Notes under the pieces: model-generated
Databases searched by the model: none
What the model was told of the DNA's origin: nothing
Seen by the model: only the letters and a program-made list of their open reading frames with translations
Made by a program: the position numbers and the translations under genes
Assembly (NCBI GenBank): GCA_965219995.1
Contig: CBDCOX010000002.1
Span: 3,008,001-3,072,000 of the forward strand
From: Candidatus Latescibacterota bacterium
GTDB lineage: Bacteria; Latescibacterota; UBA2968; GCA-2709665
DNA: 64,000 nucleotides
Direction of reading: 5' to 3'
In this document: positions 56,512 to 64,000 of the stretch, one piece after another
How positions within the stretch are numbered: position 1 is the first letter of the stretch
Layout: each line of letters opens with the position of its first letter

Positions 56512-57117
56512 ATGCACGCGTTAACCCGCGCTCTCTTTGCCATCTGCGTTGCTGCAATGCTCACGACTTCCGCCGCGTGGGCGCAGCACGCGGTCAAGCT
56601 GGGCGCAGGCATACACTTTGACGAAGAAACACCCGGTATCGGACTCGCATACGACATCAACGCCTCGGAAGGGCTGGTCGCGTTTTCACCGTTTATCGAT
56701 TTCTTCACCAAATCCGAAAACACGGTATTCGGGGGCGGGTTGAACCTGGTCGTGAGACGTCCCGTGGGAGAAAAAGGCGTCTTCTATTTCGGGGGCGGTG
56801 GCGGCGTAGGCAGCGTGACTTCCGTGAGGGAATTCGAAATCGAGAGTGAGACCGAGACCACGGCGCCGGCCGATGAGAGGGTGGAAGCATCAAGAACGCA
56901 GGCAATGGTCGATGTGCTGGTCGGCCTGGAATTTGCCACGACCGAGAGAGCATCGGTTTTCCTGCAGGCCAAGTGGATCGGCATGTACAGCGGAGAACCC
57001 GAAGTGTACACGCTTTCCGATGGCCGGGAGGTCGCGCCCGAGCTGGACGTGAAGAGCTTCGCATTCCAGGTTGGCTTGTCGATCAATATCGGCCAGTCAG
57101 AATATGAAGGTTATTGA
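56512..57117 (+). CDS. Small outer-membrane beta-barrel protein, paralogue 2
   Basis: AWA signal site; SPFIDFF, FGGGLN, YFGGGGG, FLQAKW, FQVGLSI. Confidence 0.72.
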   Translation: MHALTRALFAICVAAMLTTSAAWAQHAVKLGAGIHFDEETPGIGLAYDINASEGLVAFSPFIDFFTKSENTVFGGGLNLVVRRPVGEKGVFYFGGGGGVGSVTSVREFEIESETETTAPADERVEASRTQAMVDVLVGLEFATTERASVFLQAKWIGMYSGEPEVYTLSDGREVAPELDVKSFAFQVGLSINIGQSEYEGY

Positions 57118-57177
57118 TAACACCCGTCGCGCGTGAAATTGCGATGACCGCGGGTGACCGCGCGTATTGGAGGCATA

Positions 57178-57681
57178 ATGAGAATTCGACTGGTAGCTTT
57201 GCTGTCCGGCCTCGCCTTACTGACGGCCGCGCCCGCCGCCGCAAGAGATTTCGCGGTGAATTTCGGGGGCGGCACGCTCTTCGACTCGACTCGGCCTGGC
57301 GGTCATTTTTCGTTCGAGATGTCGCTCAGCGACGAGTATCCCACCCACCTCGCCCCTTTCTGTGAATTTTACGACGATTCGGGCACAAGGATTATCCCGG
57401 TAGGCATTTCGCTGCTTTACAAACCGCCCCTTTCGGAATACGGCGGCACGATATATTTCGGCGCCGGCGGCGGCGCATTGCTTATTCGGGGACAACCCGG
57501 TCCCGGCCTTCCAACGGGAACGGACGGAATGATTACGGTGGCGGGCGGTCTGTCGTTTGGCGTGGGCACCCGCGCGGGCGTCTTCGTGCAGGTGCGCTGG
57601 TTCCGATCGTTCGAGGATCAGACCGCGGAGAACGAAATCGGCGTTCAGGCGGGCTTGCGTTTCTATCTGTCGGAAGGCTGA
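57178..57681 (+). CDS. Small outer-membrane beta-barrel protein, paralogue 3
   Basis: Signal peptide; APFCEFY, YFGAGGG, FVQVRW, VQAGLRFYL. Confidence 0.7.
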   Translation: MRIRLVALLSGLALLTAAPAAARDFAVNFGGGTLFDSTRPGGHFSFEMSLSDEYPTHLAPFCEFYDDSGTRIIPVGISLLYKPPLSEYGGTIYFGAGGGALLIRGQPGPGLPTGTDGMITVAGGLSFGVGTRAGVFVQVRWFRSFEDQTAENEIGVQAGLRFYLSEG

Positions 57682-57707
57682 TTACAATACAGCAAACGGG
57701 TTCACTC

Positions 57708-57746
57708 AAAAGCGCCGGAATCCCTCTTCAGGGTGCCGGCGCTTTT
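57708..57746. terminator. Bidirectional intrinsic terminator
   Basis: AAAAGCGCCGG...CCGGCGCTTTT between convergent genes. Confidence 0.7.
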
Positions 57747-57839
57747 CATTTGAACGATCCGGATCGCCATAAACGTGTGGCTGTCCAGGCGCGCTGCCAT
57801 AGACGGCCGGGCGGCAATCGAGCGACCGTCGCGGCGGCG

Positions 57840-59339
57840 TCAACCGCGGTTCCTGAGCAGATCAACCAGTAGACGCACGCCCACGCCCGTGCCTCCCTTG
57901 GGGACGTGCGGCAGGTCTTTTTGCGCCCACGCGGTGCCCGCGATGTCCAGGTGAGCCCATGGAAACTCCTGTACGAAGGCTTCGATGAACGCCGCGCCCG
58001 TGATGGCGCCGCCGGCCCGGCCGCCGGTGTTCTTGATGTCGGCAACGTCGCTCTTCATCTCCTCCCGGTGTCCGTCCAGAATGGGAAGACGCCACGCGAT
58101 CTCGCCCGTTCTTTCTCCCGCGGCGGCAATTTCGGAAGCCAGTGCGTCATCATTGGAGAATAGCCCGCTGGCCTCGTGTCCGAGGGCGATGACGCACGCG
58201 CCGGTAAGCGTTGCCAGATCGATGGCGGCAGACGGTTTGTACGCCGCGGCCCAGGCCACGGCATCGGCCAGGACCAGGCGGCCTTCGGCGTCCGTGGACC
58301 GGATTTCGATGGTTTTTCCGAGCAGGGACCGGATGATGTCGCCCGGCTTGAGCGCGCGGCTGCCGGGCATGTTCTCCGAGGCGGCCACGAGGCCGATCGT
58401 GCGGACCGGCAGGTTCAGCCGCGCCACCGCCTGCATGGCGCCGATGACCGCGGCGGCCCCGCCCATGTCGAATTTCATATCCCACATGCCCTCGGAGCCT
58501 TTGATGGAAATACCGCCGGAGTCGAATGTGATGCCTTTGCCGATAAGCACGACGGGCGCCCCTTCCGGATCCCCGCCGTCGTGTTCGAGAACGACGAATC
58601 TGGGGGGTTGCGCGCTGCCCTGCGCCACCGCCTGGATGGTGCGCATCCCTTCCCCCTCGATCCTCTCTTCGTCGAAAACCTCGCAACGGAGGCCTGTTTC
58701 GCGGGCCATCGTTTCCGCGTGATCGGCAAGTATGGCGGGCGTCATTTCGTTTCCCGGATGACTGCCGAGGTCGCGGGCAAGACAGACGGCTTCGGAAATG
58801 ATTCGCCCGGTCTCCGCCCCCGTTTCAATGTCAGCCCCTTTTTCCGCCTGGAATTCGACCAGCGTGAGACTTTCGAGTTCACCGGTTTCGTCTTCGTCTC
58901 GGCTCTTGTACGGTGTGAATCGATAGGTGCCCAGAATGGCGCCTTCGACAATGGCCTGGGCGGCCTCGGAAGCGTCCATCCCGCCAACCCCGGCCCCGTG
59001 AATGATCGAAGCCAGGTGTCCCGCGCCCAGGCTTTGCGCACGCTGCGACGCGACCGCGGAGACCTGCCGGACCCGGTCGAGGGTGAAGTCCTCACTCTTG
59101 CCCAGACCCACGAGAATCACACGCCTCGCAGCGATGCCGTCTTGTGGATAAAGGACGGCGGCCTGCTTGAACTTGCCGGTGAAGTCCCCACCGGAAATCA
59201 GATGCCGGATCTGGCCGTTCATGGCCCTGTCCGCGGCGCCCGTGGCGCCACCGGGCACGGTGACGCCCTCGAAAAGATTCACCACAATGGCATCCGCCTC
59301 GTACGCCGCGATGTTATCAATCGCAACCGATATGTTCAC
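57840..59339 (-). CDS. pepA: Leucyl aminopeptidase (M17)
   Basis: GKGITFDSGG, MKFDMGG, TDAEGRL, DLATLTGA, WAHLDIAG. Confidence 0.95.
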   Translation of the reverse strand: MNISVAIDNIAAYEADAIVVNLFEGVTVPGGATGAADRAMNGQIRHLISGGDFTGKFKQAAVLYPQDGIAARRVILVGLGKSEDFTLDRVRQVSAVASQRAQSLGAGHLASIIHGAGVGGMDASEAAQAIVEGAILGTYRFTPYKSRDEDETGELESLTLVEFQAEKGADIETGAETGRIISEAVCLARDLGSHPGNEMTPAILADHAETMARETGLRCEVFDEERIEGEGMRTIQAVAQGSAQPPRFVVLEHDGGDPEGAPVVLIGKGITFDSGGISIKGSEGMWDMKFDMGGAAAVIGAMQAVARLNLPVRTIGLVAASENMPGSRALKPGDIIRSLLGKTIEIRSTDAEGRLVLADAVAWAAAYKPSAAIDLATLTGACVIALGHEASGLFSNDDALASEIAAAGERTGEIAWRLPILDGHREEMKSDVADIKNTGGRAGGAITGAAFIEAFVQEFPWAHLDIAGTAWAQKDLPHVPKGGTGVGVRLLVDLLRNRG

Positions 59340-59350
59340 AAAACCTCCCT

Positions 59351-59599
59351 TGGCCCCTTTAATTCATAAAACGGAACTTACATGGATAGACAGGATGGGC
59401 AGGATAAAAACCAAAAAGCGCGAGAAAACCAGAAGGCACGACAAATGCACGAGAAAACGAGTAACGGCGGTGAACCAAACCATCATAGACCGCACGTCAT
59501 CACGCCGGCCACCGAGATCACTGAACATTCGCGGTTTTCCTTTGTCATACACTGAATTTTCAAAGAAAACGAACCGTTTTCGTGAATCTTTCACCATAG
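59351..59599 (+). mobile_element. MITE-like repeat, family A (diverged copy)
   Basis: GAACTTACATGGATAGACAGGATGGGCAGGAT...TTTCGTGAATCTTTCACCATAG. Confidence 0.7.
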
Positions 59600-59848
59600 C
59601 CTGGATAACTCACTAAACATGAACTTACATGGATGGACAGGATGAACAGGATAAAGACCAAGAGCAGGACAAATGCTCATGATTCCGGGCCAAACCGATG
59701 GATCCTTACCTCCGTGGGCAACGAAACATCACCCTGACCAATCAATTTCGTAGTTCATGAAATACTGTCGCAAAAACTTCGCTGAATTTATTGAAAAACA
59801 ACCCGTTATACATCAAAACCATGGGATTTCGTGAATAATCCACCATAG
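59597..59848 (+). mobile_element. MITE-like repeat, family A
   Basis: Close copy of 8994-9245; shares a TAG with the preceding copy. Confidence 0.82.
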
Positions 59849-59888
59849 AAGCTGTTTTGAAATCCCGGCGGTGACGGCATAACGGGAA

Positions 59889-60527
59889 CTACCATCCGCC
59901 CGAACGTCCCGCAAAGAAAGGATTGGTCGATTTCTCAGCCCCCACGGTGGTGAAGGGGCCATGGCCGGGATAGACCCTCGTCTCGTCGTCCAGAATCAGG
60001 ATCTTCTCCCGTATCGACCGGAGCAGAACGTCCGCGTCGCTGCCCGGCAGGTCGGTGCGGCCGATCGAGCCGGCGAACAGGGTATCGCCCACGATCGCGT
60101 GGCCCGGCCATTTGAGGGTGATATTGCCGGGTGCGTGCCCCGGCGTGTGGACAATCGCAAAGGTTTCTTCACCCATCCTGACAACGTCGCCTTCTTCGAG
60201 AAACCGGTCGATGCGCGGCGGCGGCTCCGCGTCCATGCCGACGGATCCGGCGATTTCGACCAGGTTTTCGACCCTGAGACGGTCGGCCGGATGGACCGCG
60301 AAGGGGGCGCCGGTTTCGCGGACGGCGGAGGACGCGTGTGCGATGTGGTCGTAATGCCCGTGGGTGGCGATGACTTCCACGATTCGGATGTCGTCTTCCC
60401 GGACGAGTCCCATGACGTCCGGGATGTTGTCGCCCGGATCCACGATGATGCCTTCGAGGGTCTTTTCGCAGGCCAGGACGTAGCAGTTCACCTGCAGGGG
60501 TCCGACGACGATCGATTTGAAAATCAA
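59889..60527 (-). CDS. MBL-fold metallo-hydrolase (glyoxalase II-like)
   Basis: GPLQVNCY, THGHYDH, HTPGH, GDTLFAGSIGRTD, PGHG; TTG start (ORF-track extension lies in a repeat). Confidence 0.9.
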   Translation of the reverse strand: MIFKSIVVGPLQVNCYVLACEKTLEGIIVDPGDNIPDVMGLVREDDIRIVEVIATHGHYDHIAHASSAVRETGAPFAVHPADRLRVENLVEIAGSVGMDAEPPPRIDRFLEEGDVVRMGEETFAIVHTPGHAPGNITLKWPGHAIVGDTLFAGSIGRTDLPGSDADVLLRSIREKILILDDETRVYPGHGPFTTVGAEKSTNPFFAGRSGGW

Positions 60528-60590
60528 GAAATACCCCTTCTTGGAAGGATGATCTTCGAGACTCCCTATATCGTCCTGACAGGTTGCCAG

Positions 60591-60822
60591 AAAGCGGTGA
60601 GACGTGAGACGGGAGACGGGAGATGACATCGTTGCTCGATCGGTTCTTCCTTTTTGCCTCCGGCAAGAGATGAAACCACAAAGGGCAACAAAACCCGTGA
60701 GACGCAAGACGGTAGACGGTAGATGACGTCCTTGCCCGACTGATTCTCGCTTAATGCCTCCGGCAAGAAGTGAAACTACACGGGGCAGACAATCTCTCAC
60801 GTCTCACGTCTCCCCTCTCCCT
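60591..60822. repeat. Heptamer-array repeat, inverted homologue of 562-798
   Basis: GCGGTGAGACGTGAGACG..., TGCCTCCGGCAAGA twice, TCTCACGTCTCACGTCTCC. Confidence 0.85.
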
Positions 60823-60826
60823 GCTT

Positions 60827-62152
60827 TTATGCCAGGCCTTCCTCCCCGGCGTGGATGGACGCGAGGACCCACGGATCCCGGGTTTCAACCCGGAACGCCT
60901 TTACCTTCCGTCGCATCGCCTCCGCGATTTCCGCCACGTCCGGATCGTGGATCAAATTGGTCGACTCCGCCGGATCGGCGTCGACGTCGAACAGTGCTTC
61001 CGCATCCTGATGCAGGAATCGTTCCGTGGGGCGCCGCCCCATCATCCCGATCCCCTCCGACAGGACCGCCTGCCACGTTGGGGACGCCCACAGATCGCCC
61101 GGTATCGGCGTGGTCAACTCGGGGTACAGGTTGCGCACGTATTTGTACTTTCTTCCCCTCAACACGCGATACGGATAATAGTTCGTCACCTCGTGGAACG
61201 AATGCGAAAAGAACGTCTCGTCCCATCCTTCCGGATGCGTCTCGTCCAGAATCGGAATCAGCGAGCGTTCGGGAAGCCCGTCCGGCGGTTTCACGCCACA
61301 CCACTCCAGAACCGTAGGCGCGATATTGCACCAGTTCACCAGCGCGTCGCACCTGACGGACGGCGCGTCCGGCCGGACCAGAATCAACGGGCATCGATGC
61401 CCGGAGTCGAACGACGACCCCTTCGCACCGGGAAACGGCATCCCGTGGTCGCTCATCACAACAATCAATGTGTCCTTCGCCCGGCCGGCGGCCTGGAGCG
61501 CATCCACCGCCATCCCGATCCCCCGATCCAGCCTGGATACGGACTGGTAATACTCCGCGAGTTCCCGCCGCACGGCGGGGTGGTCGGGCAGGAAATCGGG
61601 CACCACGACCTCGTCCGGCGAATAAGTTATCTCCTCCACCCCGGGATAGGTCTCCTGATTTCCGAAATTGCGATGCGGATCTCCGAATCCCATATGCAGA
61701 TAGAAGGGTCTGTCGCCGGTCTGCGCGAGAAACTCCCCGGCCTTTCCGGCCATCTCAGCCACGTTCCGCGTACCGCCGCGCACCCGTTCCGCGTTGTACG
61801 TCCATGGATAGACCGCTTCGGGCTGCACGTGCAGCTTGCCCACAATCCCGGTGGCAAAGCCCGCCGGCCCGAGGGCGCCGGTGATGGAGGGCATGGACAG
61901 CTGGGTATGAAAATTGTGGATCCCATGCGTATGTCCGTACTGTCCGTGGGTATGGCTGTAATGCCCCGTCAACACGCACGCCCGGCTGGCGGCGCACGAC
62001 GGCGTCGTACAGAAGGCTCCGCTGAACACCGTTCCACGAGACGCCAGCGCGTCCACGTTCGGGGTCCTGATCACCGAATTCCCGTAACACCCGGCAATCG
62101 GGCTCCAGTCGTCGGCAATCAACAGGAGCACGCTGCGATGTTCCGTCGCCAT
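60827..62152 (-). CDS. Sulfatase (sulfamidase-like)
   Basis: IADD, TPNVDALA, SCAASRA..LTG, GKLH, DPHR, SDHG. Confidence 0.9.
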   Translation of the reverse strand: MATEHRSVLLLIADDWSPIAGCYGNSVIRTPNVDALASRGTVFSGAFCTTPSCAASRACVLTGHYSHTHGQYGHTHGIHNFHTQLSMPSITGALGPAGFATGIVGKLHVQPEAVYPWTYNAERVRGGTRNVAEMAGKAGEFLAQTGDRPFYLHMGFGDPHRNFGNQETYPGVEEITYSPDEVVVPDFLPDHPAVRRELAEYYQSVSRLDRGIGMAVDALQAAGRAKDTLIVVMSDHGMPFPGAKGSSFDSGHRCPLILVRPDAPSVRCDALVNWCNIAPTVLEWCGVKPPDGLPERSLIPILDETHPEGWDETFFSHSFHEVTNYYPYRVLRGRKYKYVRNLYPELTTPIPGDLWASPTWQAVLSEGIGMMGRRPTERFLHQDAEALFDVDADPAESTNLIHDPDVAEIAEAMRRKVKAFRVETRDPWVLASIHAGEEGLA

Positions 62153-62216
62153 GACGCTCCCTCATCGAGTTCCGCGTGGGTGAATCGGCTTGTCAGGTGG
62201 GGCAGGATCACTTATC

Positions 62217-62657
62217 TTAGGATCCCGCCGCACGAACGGGGATCCCCAGCATCCTGTGTTTCAACGATGCGTTTTCCCCGTTCTTGATTCTCCACAGCAA
62301 AAATACCATCAGCAAAATACCGGCGCCGTCATACAGCACGTCGGTCCAGGTTCCCAAGCGCTCCGGAACGGCATTCTGATGGATCTCATCGGTCACGGCG
62401 TAACAGACGGAAAGCGCCGCGCTCCATGTCAGACATGGAGCGAACCGCCGCTTTTCCGTCCGGAGCGACCGCAGCCAGAGATAGGTCAGGATCGCATATT
62501 CGGTCAGATGGGCGAGCTTGCGAACCGCGTAGTTCAAGACGCCGAACCAAGCCTCCGTCGCATCCGCGGACATCCCGAATGCCATCCATCTGCTCGACAT
62601 CAGAAAGATCAGTCCCATCCAACCCGCCAGCGCGATTCGCCACCGTATGACCGTCAA
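62217..62657 (-). CDS. VanZ-like membrane protein (start uncertain)
   Basis: WMGLIFLMSS, VRKLAHLTEYAIL, YAVTDEIHQ..VP.R..DV..D. Confidence 0.85.
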   Translation of the reverse strand: MTVIRWRIALAGWMGLIFLMSSRWMAFGMSADATEAWFGVLNYAVRKLAHLTEYAILTYLWLRSLRTEKRRFAPCLTWSAALSVCYAVTDEIHQNAVPERLGTWTDVLYDGAGILLMVFLLWRIKNGENASLKHRMLGIPVRAAGS

Positions 62658-62795
62658 TCCGACCTCGATTCGCCTATAGCCAGTTCGCCAGATAAGTTGA
62701 ACTCTAAGATCGCCTTTTGAAAGAATCGCGTCAAGCACAAACCCGGCCGTCACGGGATTTCGCAGGCCGGGCGCCATTGATCAGGAGTTTCCTCG

Positions 62796-63470
62796 ATGCA
62801 AGCCTATCAGCAGGAGTTCATCGACTTCCTCGTCGAGACCGGCGCCCTTCGCTTCGGCGAATTCACGCTGAAGAGCGGGAGAGCGTCGCCCTACTTCTTC
62901 AATGCCGGGCAATTCAACACCGGTACGGAAATCGAGCGCCTCGGGTACTACTATGCCTGCGCCATCCGCGAGTTCGACGTAACGCCCACACTCGTCTTCG
63001 GGCCGGCCTACAAGGGCATTCCCCTTTGCATCGCCGCAGCCATCGCGCTCCGCCAGCGGTTCGACGTCGAGACCTGCTATGGTTTTGACCGCAAAGAGAT
63101 CAAGGAACACGGCGAGGGGGGCTGGCTCGTAGGAAAGGAACCCGACGAACGGGACCGCGTCGTGCTGGTAGACGACGTTGTGACCGACGGCGCCACAAAA
63201 ATCAACATGATCGACAGACTGAAGGCAGCCTGCAGCGCCCGGCTGTCCGGCCTGGTCATCGCTCTGGACCGCAAAGAGAAAAATGCCGACGGGGAGGACG
63301 CCGTAGGGGCCCTGCAATCCGTAACCGGCGTACCCGTGCGGTCCATTGTCACCATCCATGACATCCTGGAATACCTGCCCGGCCGCAGCATTCACGGCCG
63401 GGTCGCGCTCACCGCCCCCCTGAAGAGGCAGATCGAGACTTATCTCGACGAATACGGGATTCCCGCATAA
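62796..63470 (+). CDS. pyrE: Orotate phosphoribosyltransferase
   Basis: FGEFTLKSGRASPYFFN, FGPAYKGIP, RKEIKEHGEGG, VDDVVTDG. Confidence 0.95.
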   Translation: MQAYQQEFIDFLVETGALRFGEFTLKSGRASPYFFNAGQFNTGTEIERLGYYYACAIREFDVTPTLVFGPAYKGIPLCIAAAIALRQRFDVETCYGFDRKEIKEHGEGGWLVGKEPDERDRVVLVDDVVTDGATKINMIDRLKAACSARLSGLVIALDRKEKNADGEDAVGALQSVTGVPVRSIVTIHDILEYLPGRSIHGRVALTAPLKRQIETYLDEYGIPA

Positions 63471-64000
63471 CGGGACCCTTCGATTCCCACGGCCATCCCG
63501 ACTCCCCGCAGTACCCCGCCGCTGTCATCGCGTACACCCGCGCCACCCGCACCAACTCGTCCACGGACACAGCTTCGGACAGCGTATGCGCCCCTTTCGC
63601 GTCCGGACCGTGCGTCAGCGCCGGGATACCTGCGAGGGCCGCGTACGCATTGCCGTCGTCCACGAACGGTTTCCCGCCGACAGGCAGTTCTTTGCCCGAA
63701 ACCGCCGCGTGCGCCGACTGAAACGCGTTGACGATCGCGTCTTCGCGTGAGATCCTGAACGCGTCCCCCTGAACCTGGAAATCCACCGTCGCCGGCGTCC
63801 CGAACTCCTGCGCGAGCGTGTCAACCAGCGAACGAAACTCCCTTTCGATCGCTTCCGTACGGCCTGGCGTGACCCATCGCCTCGTGCCCCGAACAGTGCA
63901 AGCCACCGGCGCCTGGTTGTAGATCTCACCGGATTCCATGAACCCCACAAATACCGTATCGCATCCGGACCAGGGGTCGGTACTTTTTTCCAGCGTACGG
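63409..64000 (-). CDS. M20 (ArgE/DapE-like) peptidase, C-terminal part (5' truncated by window)
   Basis: SGEIYN, GTRRW, D.N.....GIPA..HGP....AH...E. Confidence 0.7.
   Translation of the reverse strand, partial: RTLEKSTDPWSGCDTVFVGFMESGEIYNQAPVACTVRGTRRWVTPGRTEAIEREFRSLVDTLAQEFGTPATVDFQVQGDAFRISREDAIVNAFQSAHAAVSGKELPVGGKPFVDDGNAYAALAGIPALTHGPDAKGAHTLSEAVSVDELVRVARVYAMTAAGYCGESGWPWESKGPVMRESRIRRDKSRSASSGGR

Noticed and set aside
60528-60800. Long N-terminal ORF extensions of the MBL hydrolase (also DedA 8972-9058)
   Set aside because: Extensions run through repeat elements; plausible starts lie at the family domain boundary.

Overview
GC-rich bacterial chromosomal segment, not phage or plasmid, with about 50 CDS and one tRNA-Thr(TGT). 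Housekeeping genes (cysS, ddl, ispDF, queA, dinG, smc, epmA, pepA, pyrE, modBC) alternate with catabolic clusters and an accessory envelope block (YtrA-type GntR/ABC module, two TlpA-type proteins, a kelch lipoprotein). The gene mix resembles uncultured diderm lineages such as Latescibacterota or Poribacteria; this is an impression only. Main observations: (1) an otherwise intact AbgB-like M20D amidohydrolase whose metal-binding Cys codon is an in-frame TGA followed by a SECIS-like hairpin, i.e. a candidate selenoprotein; (2) a dinG-RSH-lipoprotein-RNB run in which the exonuclease, (p)ppGpp-synthetase and RNase II active sites are each degenerate; (3) a duplicated ~70-nt structured promoter-hairpin-terminator unit upstream of modBC; (4) several non-coding repeat families, including MITEs sitting on YTAR sites/stop codons, heptamer-array elements and a self-nesting palindrome. 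No CRISPR array, rRNA, integrase or transposase was seen. All calls are by eye from motifs; no database search was run.
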